A DNA stretch of 64,000 nt, from positions 3,474,001 through 3,538,000 of the forward strand of contig CM075992.1 in assembly GCA_038087875.1 (NCBI GenBank), read 5' to 3'. Positions 23,691 to 35,790 of the stretch are shown in pieces (position 1 is the first letter of the stretch; each line of letters begins with the position of its first letter). The position numbers and the translations under genes were made by a program. This DNA comes from Malacoraja senta (taxonomy: Eukaryota). The notes below the pieces were generated by a model that was not told the DNA's origin, made no database searches, and was given only the letters and a program-made list of their open reading frames with translations.

Positions 23691-24187
23691 GACAAAAGGA
23701 CACAAAGGGAGGCACGGTGGCGCAGCGGTAGTGTTGCTGCCTCACACCGCCAGAGACCCGGGTTCGATCCTGACTAGAGGTGCTGTCTGTACAGGGTTTG
23801 TACCTTCTCCCCGTGGCCTGTGTGGGTTTTCTCAGAGATCTTCGGTTTCCTCCCACACTCCAAAGACGTACAGGTTTGTTGGTTAATTGGCTTGGTGTAA
23901 GTGAAAATTGTCCCTGGTGTGTGTAGGATAGTGTTAGAGTGCGGGGATCGCTGGTCGGTGCAGACTCGGTGGGCTGAAGGGCTTGTTTCTGCGCTGTATC
24001 TCTACTCTGAAGTGCTGTCTTCACTTCCATTTCACCGCCCACTTCTTTCCCCCACCCCCTCCCTTGCTGCTCCAAGCCCATGTTAGTTAGATGAAGCGTA
24101 TCATTCTGTTTGGGGAACATTGGGCTGAGATAACAGCTCTATCACAGACCATTGTCTGAGCACTGCCCTTTATACCCACCTATTGAC

Positions 24188-24600
24188 CAAAGACCCTACA
24201 GCGAGCAAGATAGTCCACTCGACGAAAAAGACGTAGTACGGTCATGGGCAGATTCATGGGGTCATTTTCGGCCCCATTTCCGTAACCGGCTTCCGTCTCC
24301 GCACCAAAGATCCCACAGCGGAGCAAAGATAACTAGTGCGGAGACGGAAGCCGGTTACGGAAAAATCCTCGTAAAAATAATAGTTCTTTGGTAAAAATCT
24401 TCTCCTCATTTTCAGAATTATAATTTATTAACACAAACTGTTCCCCCGCAACGTTGATTACACTGCGAGTCGGGTCGGGTCGTGTCGGGTTACTGAAATG
24501 GATGAAAAAAAGGCCCCACGTTCCGCTCCGTTGCGTACTACAACGTCAGCCCATTGCATTTAGCAGGAGTGGTCTATCTTGCTCCGCTATAGCATCTTTG
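24188..24600 (+). mobile_element. hAT-type MITE, full length
   Basis: TIR caaagaccctacagcgagcaagatag / ctatcttgctccgctatagcatctttg; perfect 8-bp TSD ctattgac. Confidence 0.88.
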
Positions 24601-25251
24601 CTATTGACAGCCTCTACACCATTTCTATCTCCATCTCTGCTGTTTATTTCTCATCTCCGTTCTAAAGGTACATCCTTTAATTAGGGCGGCACGGTGGCGT
24701 AGCGGTGGAGTTGCTGCCTCACAGCGCCGGAGACCCGGTTCGATCCCGACTACGGGTGCTGTCTGTACGGAGTTTGTCCCTTCTCCCCGTGACCTGCGTG
24801 GGTTTTCTCCGACATCTTCGGTTTCCTCCCACACTCCAAAGATGTACAGGTTTGTAGGTAAATTGGCTTGGTGTAAATGTAAAAATGGTCCCTAGAATGT
24901 GTAGGACAGTGTTAGAGTGCGGGGATCGCTGGTCGGCGCGGACTCGGTGGGCCGAAGGGCCTGTTTCTGCACTGTTTCCATCTCTAAACTAAACTAAACG
25001 CTGTGCCCTCTGGTCCTAAACTCTCCCACTAGTGGAAACATTCAAAGATGGACAAGCTGACATTTACTTTTCAGGCCCGAAACCCTGAAGAAGGGTTTCG
25101 GCCCGAAACGTTGCCTATTTCCTTCGCTCCATAGATGCTGCTGCACCCGCTGAGTTTCTCCAGCAATTTTGTCTACCTGACATTTACTTAAAATCCTTGA
25201 TACTTTTTTTGACCACCAAAAATGTATTAGTTTCACAATGTGCAACTGAAC

Positions 25252-25668
25252 TAGTGTTGCCAACTGGCCCGTATTAGCCGGGACATCCCGTATATTGGGC
25301 TAGATTGGTTTGTCCCGGACGGGACCACCCTTGCCCCTGTATTTGACTGCTACTACTCGGGTCGAGGGGACTGTCGGATCGGAGCGCCGCGTCCGGCCCC
25401 CGCCTCACCCGTCCCGACGTAGTGCAGCCCCTGGAGTGCAGCAGCAGCAGCGCCTCGACGGTGGCCCCGTCGGTCGGCAGCCGGACCTTCGGACCTTCGC
25501 TTACCGCTGACACCACCACCACCCCTCCTTCTCGTGGCTTTGTGTGCAGTTTAGCACCCGGGCCAACTCACCATTCACCCGAGTCGGTCAACGAATTGCC
25601 GTTGGGAATTTTGTCCCGTATTTGGACCTCTCGTCCCTTATTTGGGAGTGAGAAAGTTGGCGACCCTA
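25252..25668. mobile_element. hAT-type non-autonomous transposon (second family)
   Basis: TIR tagtgttgccaac / gttggcgacccta; 8-bp TSD aactgaac/atctgaac. The empty site is visible in the paralogous segment near 32505. Confidence 0.8.
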
Positions 25669-26079
25669 ATCTGAACCCTCATCTTAACAGGAGAATTCAG
25701 GATATTCACTACACTTTGTGCAAAAAAAAACAATGGCGTCTGTTTACCAATCCCACTCGCTGCTCCCCCCAGCCCCTGCCGATTGTCCTCCTCCTCCTCC
25801 TCCTGCCGGAGAGGTTTAATCATATACTTTACACTTAAAGGACCAGCCAGGCAGATGCATTTGCATTTTAATAACTCCTCATTACCCTGGGGCCATCGTT
25901 CCTCTGTCACAATGGGACTCCTTTGGAGTTCTTTCAGCTCTCAATCGAAGCAGCAAATGGTTTAATGTCCTTACAATCCCGTTTAAAAAGAGGCATTACT
26001 TTCTCACACGATGTTAAATTCCTAGTGGATTAATGCCTGAGCCCATATTCCAGTTCTGTTTCTTCAATCACTCCTTCAC

Positions 26080-26497
26080 TTCCTTTCTCTCCCCTTCTCC
26101 CTCTCCAGCTGCCTCTCCTTTTGTCACTCTTTCCTTCTCACTCCCTTCCTGTCCTCTCTCTCTCCCACTCTCTCACCCTGTGTGTGTGTGTGTCTTTCTC
26201 TCTCTCTCTCTCCCTCCCCCTCTGCATCTCCTCTTGTCTTTCCTTCTCACCCTCCCTCTCTGTCTCTGTCTCTTTTTCTCTCTCTCCCTCCCTTTCCCAC
26301 CGTCTCTCTCTCTCTCTCTATCTCTGATTCTTTTTCTCTCTCTCTTTCCCTTTCCCCCCATCTCTCTCTCTGTCTCTTTTTCTCTCTCTCTCTCCCTTTC
26401 CCTCCGTCTCTCTCTCTCTGTCTCTGTCTCTTTTTTTCCCTCTCTTTCCCTTTCCGTCTCTTTCTCCCTCTCCCCCCTTCTCTCTGGCTTTCTCAAC

Positions 26498-26550
<53 letters not shown>

Positions 26551-26640
26551 TCACCTTCATTCACTCTCTCACTCTCTCTCCCCTTCTCCCTCTGTTCCTC
26601 CTGTCTCGCTCTTCACTTCTGTCTCTCCCCACCCCCTGTC
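26080..26640. repeat. CT-rich microsatellite / low-complexity tract
   Basis: Direct reading. Confidence 0.95.
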
Positions 26641-27745
26641 TCTGGGATAAAGCGTCAGAGAGAGGATAGAATTCTTGCGGCAGCTCTATAGGACTTAGGT
26701 TCGGCCTCATTTGGAATATTGCGTGCAGTTCTGGTCGTCCCCATTTCAGGAAGGATATGAAGGCTTTGGAGAGGGTGCAGAAGAGGTTTACCAGGATGTT
26801 TAAGAAGGAACTGCAGATGCTGGAAAATCAAAGGCAGACAAAATTGCTGGAGAAACTCAGCGGGTGCAGCAGCATCTATGGAGCGAAGGAAATAGGCAAC
26901 GTTTCTGGCCGAAACCCTTCTTCAGGTTTACCAGGATGCTGCCTTTATTCGGGGCCGGTCCCTTCTTCAGCCTGTCCCATGTTGTAGAAACAAGGAACTG
27001 CAAATGCTGGTTCACACAAAAAGACACAAAGTGCTGGAGTAACTCAGCAGATCAGGCAGCACCTCTGTAGAACGTGTTACCTGCCACGCTTTGTCCTGCC
27101 TCTCCTCTCTCCAAGCTCTCTTTACCCCCCCCCCCCCCTCTACAATCAGTCTGGAGAAGGGTCCCGACCAGAAACATCACCTATCCACGTTCTCCAGAGT
27201 TGCTGAGTTACTCCAGCACTTTGTATCTTTTTGTTCTGTTGCGTTTTCGACGCGCCACTGCGATTCCCTGGGAATTGTCCACATTTTTCCCCAAAACTAA
27301 TTTTATTCAGATAAAAAATAAAAAATATATATATACAAAACAAGAACAGGGCATAAAAATGTTTCCGCCATTCTCAGCGGCTTTGCGTACATTCAATAGC
27401 CTTGTATTTGGTAGTGTAGGAAGGAACTGTAGATGCTGGTTTACACTGAAGACAGACATAGTCTGGAGAAGGGTCTCGACCCAAACGTCACCCATTCCTT
27501 CTCTCGCTGCCTGACCCGCTGAGTTACTCCAGCTTTTTGTATTTGGAAGTGTTCACAAAACCATCATTACACCAGGTACCCTTGCCACTCATGGCCCCCC
27601 TCCTGGACATCTTAATGAGGGGAAGGAAGGATGTTGAGAGACAGTATGTCCATTCTACCCAGTCAGTGTTCAGCTGAGATATCTCTCTCCAGCTCATCCC
27701 TGGAGGGGTTCACTGACAATGAATTCAAGCCTGCAGCAATGCTAC

Positions 27746-28472
27746 AGGGAGAGAGGGGAGGAGAGAGGGAGAGAGGGAGAGAGGGAGGGAGGGAGAGAGG
27801 GAGGAGAGGGAGGGAGAGAGGGAGGGAGGAGAGGGAGGGGGAGAGGGTGGGGGGAGAGGGAGGAGAGGGAGGGAGAGAGGGAGGAGAGGGAGGGAGAGAG
27901 GGAGAGCGAGGGGAGGGAGAGAAGGAGGGAGAGAGGGAGGAAGGGGTGGGGAAGAGGGGATGGAGGAGAGAGGGAGGCAGAGAGTGGGAGGGAGGGAGGG
28001 AGGAGAGGGAGGGAGGAGAGGAAGGGAGAGAGGGAGGAGAGGGAGGGAGAGAGGGAGGGAGGGAGGGGAGGGAGAGAGGGAGGGAGGAAGGGGTGGGGAA
28101 GAGGGGATGGAGGAGAGAGGGAGGCAGAGAGTGGGAGGGAGGGAGGGAGGAGAGGGAGGGAGAGGGAGAGAGGGAGAGGAGGAGGGAGTTAGGGAGAGAG
28201 GGGAGGATGGGAGAGGAATGGAAAGATAGCAGAGTGTGTGTGTTTGTAAGTCCGTGTTCCTTGTGTTGCATCTGTGTACTTGTATATGTGGGTACTTTGA
28301 TCTCTCATATGTGTGTATGTACATGTGTGTGTGTTTTGTGTGTGTGCGCTTGTGTGTATGTGTGTCTGTTTGTGTGCATGTGTGTACATATGTTCATTGT
28401 GTGTGCGGATGTGAGTCTCTTGTGTATGTGTGAGTTTTATGATCACGCCTGTGTTTGTGTGTGTGTGTGTGT
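27746..28472. repeat. GA-rich tract followed by a degenerate (TG)n tract
   Basis: Direct reading. Confidence 0.95.
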
Positions 28473-28666
28473 TCTTTGCAATTAGCCGACAAACCTGCGC
28501 GTCTTTGGAGTGTGGGAGGGAACCGGAGCACCCGGAGAAAACCCACGCAGGTCACGGGGAGAACGTGCAAACTCCGTACAGGCAGCACCCGTAGTCAGAA
28601 TCGAGACTGGGTCCCTGGCGCTGCAAGCAGAGTTAATGGGGGAGGGTGTGGTGGATCAGTGGGAAC

Positions 28667-29064
28667 CAAAGATCCTATAGTGAGCAAGATAGACCACTCC
28701 TGCTAAATGCAATGGGCAGGAGTGGTCTATCTTTGGGCCTTTTTTTCATCCATTTCCGCAACCCGACCCAACCCGACCCGACTCGCAGTGTAATCAACGT
28801 TGCGGGGGAACAGTTTGTGTTAATAAATTATAATTCTGAAAATGAGGAGAAGATTTTTACCAAAAGAACCTTTATTTTTACGAGGATGTTTCCGTAACCA
28901 GCTTCCGTCTCCGCACTAGTTATCTTTGCTCCGCTGTGGGATCTTTGGTGCGGAGACGGAAGCCGGTTATGGAAATGGGGCCTAAAATTACCCCATGGAT
29001 CTGCCCATGACCGTACTACGTCGGTTTCGTCGAGTGGACCATCTTGCTCGCTATAGGGTCTATG
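28667..29064 (-). mobile_element. hAT-type MITE (same family as 24188-24600)
   Basis: Both TIRs present; 8-bp TSD gtgggaac/gtgggaat. Confidence 0.85.
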
Positions 29065-30381
29065 GTGGGAATTGTACGGTGGAGGTGAATGAACCGAGAA
29101 GGCTGCAGTGGCGACTGTGGCATGCATGGGGTTAATGGAGGCTGGGAGAGTAATCCCAGGCAGGAACGCAGCTGGGGACCTTAGATTGTCGTCAGGAGCG
29201 AGGCTAGGATGCTTTGTGTCTGGCTCCCTTAACAAGACATTGGATCCGTGCCCAGGGGCAGTGGAGATGGGACGCGCTCCAGCTCAGTGTGGTGTCAGCA
29301 CAGCTCCCATGGCTGGAGGGGAGGTGGGGGAGGGGGGATGGGGATGGCTGGAAAGACCTTGTGTGTGCAGCCAACTGCTCTGTAATACTGCCGTGGGAAC
29401 CCCTTGACTCCAGCCCCAGTCCGAGCCAAAGAAACAGACACAGAAGCAACAGGCACCAAGTGCTGGAGTAACTCAGCCGGTCAGGCAGCATCTCTGGAGA
29501 ACGTGAACGGACGACTCACCCAGTCTGAAGATGGGTCTCGAACCGAAACGTCACCTATTCCTTCTCTCCAGAGATGCTGCCTGTCCCGCTGAGTTACTCC
29601 AGCCTTTTGTGTCTATCTTCCGTGTAAACCAGCATCTGCAGTTCCTTCCCACACAGAAGGGACTGCTGTGAATCCCGGCTCTAAGTAACTGCAGAGAAGG
29701 ATATAAAGTGCTGGGGTAACTCGGTAGGTCAGACAGCCTCTCTAGAGAACATGGATAGTCAAGAATGTTTTATTGTCATGTGTCCCAGATAGGACAATGA
29801 AATTCCTGCTTGCTGCAGCACAACAGAATATGTAAACATAGTACACAACGGGAGAAGAAAAACAGTTCAGTGTGTGTATATACACATGCACACATACTCA
29901 ATAAATAACAGATATAGTACAATAATGACAATAGTCTGTTGTAGTTCAGAGGTTATTAGTTGTTGTGTTTAATAGCCAGGTGGGTGTCGGGAAGACGCTG
30001 TTCCTATTTCAGGCTCCTGCACCTTCTCATGGTCTGAAGAAGGGTCTCGACCCGAAAACGTCACCCATTCCTTCTCTCCAGAGATGCTGCCTGTCCCGCT
30101 GAGTTTTTTGTGTGTCTATCTCCAGAGATGCTGCCTGACCTGCTGAGGGAGCTATCCCAGGTGGAATGCAGCTGGGAACCTTGGGAACATTATGCGTGGA
30201 ATATTAACACGGAACATGCTGTGTTCATTCTGTATTAACCAGCATCTACAGTTCCTCGTTTAAGAAGGAACTGCAGATGCTGGAAAATCGAAGGTAGAGA
30301 AAAGTGCTGGAGAAACTCAGCGGGTGCAGCAGCATCTATGGAGCGAAGGAAATAGGCAACGTTTCGGGCCGAAAACCCGGA

Positions 30382-30687
30382 AGGGTTTCGGCCCGAAACG
30401 TTGCCTATTTCCTTCAGGGTTTCGGCCCGAAACGTTGCCTATTTCCTTCAGGGTTTCGGCCCGAAACGTTGCCTATTTCCTTCAGGGTTTCGGCCCGAAA
30501 CGTTGCCTATTTCCTTCAGGGTTTCGGCCCGAAACGTTGCCTATTTCCTTCAGGGTTTCGGCCCGAAACGTTGCCTATTTCCTTCAGGGTTTCGGCCCGA
30601 AACGTTGCCTATTTCCTTCAGGGTTTCGGCCCGAAACGTTGCCTATTTCCTTCAGGGTTTCGGCCCGAAACGTTGCCTATTTCCTTC
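30382..30687 (+). repeat. Nine perfect tandem copies of a 34-bp unit (agggtttcggcccgaaacgttgcctatttccttc) inside an inverted PLE pair (about 30260-30750)
   Basis: Units start at 30382 and recur every 34 bp to 30687. Confidence 0.95.
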
Positions 30688-32210
30688 GGCTCCATAGATG
30701 CTGCCGCACCCACTGAGTTTCTCCAGCACTTTTGCCTATCTACAGTTCCTTGTTTCTTCCAGTAATTGTGGAGAATTGTTTTGAGGTGTGGTCTCCTCCC
30801 TGCAAACCCGCACGTCTTTGGAATGTGGGAGGAAACTCACGCGGTCAGAGAAAGAACGTGTAAACTCCACACAGACAGCACCCGAGGTCAGGATCGAACC
30901 CAGGGCAGCAGTTCTACCCGCTGCTCTGCCCTGAGAAGGCTTGGTGTCAAATTCCCTGTGATCGTATTGGCATGCAGCGGGTTGAGTTGGTTTATCTTTA
31001 TTAAAATACACTCTGGGGTTTAGAAGGATGAGCGGGCATCTCATTGAAACATATAAGATTGTTAAGGGCTTGGACACGCTAGAGGCAGGAAACATGTTCC
31101 CGATGTTGGGGGAGTCCAGAACCAAGGGCCACAGTTTAAGAATAAAGAGTAAGCCATTTAGAACGGAGACGAGGAAACATGTTTTCTCACAGAGAGTGGT
31201 GAGTCTGTGGAATTCTCTGCCTCAGAGGGCGGTGGAGGCAGGTTCTCTGGATGCTTTCAAGAGAGAGCTAGATAGGGCTCTTAAATACAGCGAAGTCAGG
31301 GGATATGGGGAGAAGGCAGGAACGGGGTACTGATTGGGGATGATCAGCCATGATCATATTAAATGGCGGTGCTGGCTCGAAGGGCCGAATGGCCTACTCA
31401 TGCACCATTTAAGCAACAAGACAGCGACACCTTACACGTGGACCGGAGGATAATTGTTGCATCAGTGATGTTTTGGAAACAAAGATGGCGGATGGCCATA
31501 GCAACAGGAGAAAGTCACATGTGACCACTCGCCCCCTGGGAACAGGAGAGTGCAAAACAAGAGAGATCCCAAAAGATCTGACAACCTTTTGATGCAGACT
31601 CAAGATCATTGCCCTCTGAGCAACATAGGAGTAGAATTATCCATTCGGCCCATCAAGTCTCCTCCACCATTCAATCATGGCTGATCTACCTCTTCCTCTG
31701 AACCCCATTCTCCTGCCTTCTCCCTATAGCCCCCCACATCTGTACTAATCCAGAAGCCATAAATCTCTGTTTTAAAAATACCAATTGAATTGGCCTCCAC
31801 CACCTTCTGTGGCAATGAATTCCATAGAAACATAGAAACATAGAAAATAGATGCAGGAGTAGGCCATTCGGCCCGACAAGCCAGCACTCCCATTCAATAT
31901 GAACATGGCTGATCATCCGTTCCTGCTTTCTCCCCATATCCCTTGATTCCATTAGCCCGAAGAGCTAAATCTAACTCTCTCTTGAAAACATCCAGTGAAT
32001 TGGCCTCCACTGCCTTCTGTGGCAGAGAATTCCACAGATTCACAACTCTCTGGGTGAAATATTCCAGATTCACCACTGCCTGGCTAAAGAAATTCCTCCT
32101 CATCTCCTTTCTATTCTTAGACTGTGCCCTCTGGTCCTAGACTCTCCCACTAGTGGAAACATTCAATGATGAACAAGCTGACATTTATCTAATGCTTGAA
32201 CTCAGGTTTA

Positions 32211-32460
32211 AGGGCCTGTCCCACTTAGGCGACTCTTTAGGCGACTGCCAGGGACTAATTTTAAAGGAATTTACCTACGACACCCGGCGACAGCTTACGA
32301 CAGCACCTACGGCAACCAATGCCAACACCCACCTCAATCTACGACAACCTACGACAGTAAAAATTGTAGCCACTGCCGCCGAAAAATTGTCGCCATGTTG
32401 AAAATTTTGCGGCATTCGCCTGTAGTCGCCCAAAAAAATCGCCCAAGTGGGACAGGCCCA
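32211..32460. mobile_element. PIF/Harbinger-like MITE
   Basis: agggcctgtcccactt...aagtgggacaggccca, TSD tta/tta. Confidence 0.82.
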
Positions 32461-32668
32461 TTACTTTTCTCGACCACCAAAGATTTATTAGTTTCACAAT
32501 TTTTAACTGAACCCTCATCTTAACAGATTTCAGGCTATTTCAGGATATTCACTACGTTTTGTGCAAAAAACAATGGTTTAAGATGTTACTCTGAATTAAC
32601 TGGGTGCTGGATACTAATTTTATGTCTGTTTGCTGTGAGCTCTCCTTCTTTACCAAATGGTTACTCAT

Positions 32669-32868
32669 NNNNNNNNNNNNNNNNNNNNNNNNNNNNNNNN
32701 NNNNNNNNNNNNNNNNNNNNNNNNNNNNNNNNNNNNNNNNNNNNNNNNNNNNNNNNNNNNNNNNNNNNNNNNNNNNNNNNNNNNNNNNNNNNNNNNNNNN
32801 NNNNNNNNNNNNNNNNNNNNNNNNNNNNNNNNNNNNNNNNNNNNNNNNNNNNNNNNNNNNNNNNNNNN
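32669..32868. other. Assembly gap (200 N), followed by a C/T-rich minisatellite to about 33125
   Basis: N run. Confidence 1.
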
Positions 32869-33939
32869 CTCTTCCCCCCCCCCACCCTCTTCTCTTCCCC
32901 CCCCCCCCACCCTCTTCTCTTCTCTTCCCCCCTCTCCCCTCTTCTCTTCCCCCCCCCTCCCTCTTCTCTTCCCCCCCTCCCTCTTCTCTTCCCCCCCCTC
33001 CCTCTTCTCTTCCCCCCCTCCCTCTTCTCTTCCCCCCCCCCTCCCTCTTCTCTTCCCCCCCCCCTCCCTCTTCTCTTCCCCTCTCTCTCTCTCCCCCCCC
33101 TCTCCCTCTTCACCCCCCTCTCTCTCTTGTTTAATCTTATTCGCTGGGGGAGGAGAGGAGCTTTATTTCTATGTCCATTAGCTGATTGATGTGGCTGAAC
33201 ATAATGTTGTGTTTTTATGTTTGGCTTGCATCCTTGATGACCAGCAGAATTTCGAGGCTGTCTCTTAAGTGATGGTGTCTGGACTGTGAATTGAATTATC
33301 TAATTGGCTGTAAGTTAAGTGGGATTTGGCTACTGGTTGATTGAGTGGTTTAATACAATGGTTGTTTTTTATTTTAAATGGAGTTGGGGGGAAAGCCCTT
33401 GGGTCAAAAGTGATAGGAGCAGAATTAGTCCATTCGGCCCATCAAGTCTATTCTGCCATTCGATTGTGGCTGATCTCTCTCTGTCCTAACCCCATTCTCC
33501 TGCCTTCTCCCTATAACCTCTGACACGTACTAATCAAGAACCTATCTATCTCTGCCTTAAAAATACCCGGTGACTTGTTATGGCTGAAATAGTCGTGTGT
33601 GCTTTTCAAAAGATGCTTCAGGAAAGATGTGTAGGAAGGAACTGCAGATGCTGGTTTGCACCAAAGATAGACACAAAATGCCTGAGTAACTCAGAGGGAC
33701 AGGCAGCATCTCTGGTGAGAAGGAATGGGTGACGTTTCTGGTCAAGACCCTGCTTCAGGACTCTACATGAAACGTCACCCATTCCTTCTCTCCAGAGATG
33801 CTGCCTGTCCTGCTGAATTACTCCAGAATTTTGTGTCTATCTTCAGGAAAGATGTTCCATTCAGTGTTGAATGTGATTTCCCCCCCCCCCCAACTCTGCA
33901 AGAATAGATTTGATGCAATGGAATAACCATCTTCCAAAT

Positions 33940-34560
33940 TTAAGTAAGTTTATTGGCCAAGTATTCACATACAAGGAATTTGCCTTGGTGCTCCGCCCAC
34001 AAGTAACAACATGACATACAGTGACAGTTACGAATGACTCAGAAAACACTAAACATTAATAATAATAAAACATTAATGATATAAAACACCATTGATCAAG
34101 CATGTGAACCAACAAAATACCAGATCAAAGGGAGGCTACAGATTTTTGGCTGTTGAGTAGAGCAACTACTCGTGGATAAAAACTGTTTTTTATGTCTGGC
34201 TGCTTTGACAGTCCGGAGTCGTCTTCCAGAGGGAAGTGATTCAAAGAGTTTGTGGCCAGGGTGAGAGGGGTCAGAGATGATCTTGCCCGCTCGCTTCCTG
34301 GCCCTTGCAGTGTACAGTTCATCAATGGAGGGAAGGTTGCAGCCAATAACCTTCTCTGCTGATCGGACGATTCGCTGCAGCCTCCGGATGTCATGGTTGG
34401 TGGCTGAGCCAAACCAGACCATGATGGAGAAGGTGAGGACAGACTCTACGATGGCCGTGTAGAATTGGACCATCATTGCCTGTGGCAGATTGTGCTTCCT
34501 CTGCTGCCGCAGGAAGTACATCCTGTGTTGTGTCTTTTTGACTGTGCAGTCGATGGTATA
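33940..34560 (-). mobile_element. Rex1/Babar-like LINE 3' fragment
   Basis: RMYFLRQ..FYTAIVESVLTFSIMVWFGS..LQRIVRSAEKVIG..ISDPSHPGH..LPSGRR. Confidence 0.88.
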
Positions 34561-35449
34561 TACCATACATATAGTAGTCAAGAGTGTTTTATTGACATAT
34601 GTCCCAGATAGAACAATGAAATTCTTACCTGAGGGCAGCACAACACAATATGTAAACACAAGGAACAGCGGATGCTGGTTTACAAAAAAAAAAAGATACA
34701 AAGTGATGGAGTAACTCAGTGGGTCAGGCAGCATCTCTGGGAAAACAATATTGACCCAAAACATCACGCATTCCTTCTCTCCAGCAATGCTGCCTGTCCC
34801 GCTGAGTTACTCCACTACTATTTGAAAACTCTATTTGAGTAGGGTCCAGGATTAGGGGTTGTGTATTAACCAGCATCTGCAGGTCTTTGTTTCTACAAGA
34901 TTACTTGGTTCTTGGACAGCTATCAATGTAACTGGGGCTTGCTGTGTGCATAAGCTTTTCAATGCCTTTGTTTAGTATCAGATGCCATTCAAATGGAAGC
35001 AAACAGCTAAAACTCCTCGCACTAGTCAGTTCCTTTGTTTGTGGCAGGTAGGTAATCTATTCCCTGATGAAATCACGTCTCCTCTCCAACCCCCCAAAGT
35101 GCAGGGCTTTGATTTACCTGACTCTGTTTGATCTTCTTGGTCTGATTGGTAGCTGTTCCCCTGGGTGCCCTACTCTAGCTCTCTGGGAATGGGCTGTGTC
35201 ATGGTCAAGATATCAAATATACTCGATCAATACGTTCCCTCCGAGTGCTTCTGCATTAATAGGAATGTGGTCTGGCCTGTGCTGTAAAATTGTTTATCCT
35301 TTACAGCAGAGTTCAACGATCCAAGTTAATTGTCATGTCTAGAATTAAAGGCTTGGTGATAAGTGCAGGTCGAATTATCTGGAGGATCATTTCTGGAGTT
35401 TCCATAGTTTGAGTTTGGAACTTGCCCCCCCCCCCCCCACCCCCTATAT

Positions 35450-35790
35450 CAAAAATCTTCGAACCCACCATTCTACCTGCAGGTCCCTCAGGTCGGCCGA
35501 CTTGGGGCTACTGACTATACTGCGGTCTAGGTTTAAGCTCGGGTGAGAGGGGTCAGAGATGATCTTGCCCGCTCGCTTCCTGGCCCTTGCAGTGTACAGT
35601 TCGTCAATGGAGGGAAGGTTGCAGTCTAGGTTTAAGCTTTTGCGGTTGCAGCAACCTAGACTGTGGAATAGCATCCCTCTCCTCATCAGAACTGCCCCCT
35701 CCATCGACGACTCTAAGTCGAGGCTCAAAACCTATTTCCACTCCCTAGCGTTTTTTGAGGCCCTCTGAGGGGGCGCTGTAAACAGTGTGG
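35450..35790 (+). mobile_element. L2-like LINE 3' fragment carrying an 84-bp templated insert
   Basis: RSLRSADLGLL..PRLWNSIPLLIRTAPSI..KSRLKTYFHSLAF. Confidence 0.7.

Noticed and set aside
26033..28485. Long Leu/Ser or Glu/Arg/Gly ORFs, and a possible - strand terminal exon at 27663-27741
   Set aside because: Microsatellite translations. The apparent polypyrimidine acceptor is the microsatellite itself and the peptide is unrecognised.
30382..30687. CRISPR-like array of hairpin-forming 34-bp repeats
   Set aside because: No spacers, no cas genes, eukaryotic context, and the unit derives from the PLE terminus.
32604..33189. ORFs spanning the N run
   Set aside because: Gap and low-complexity artefacts.
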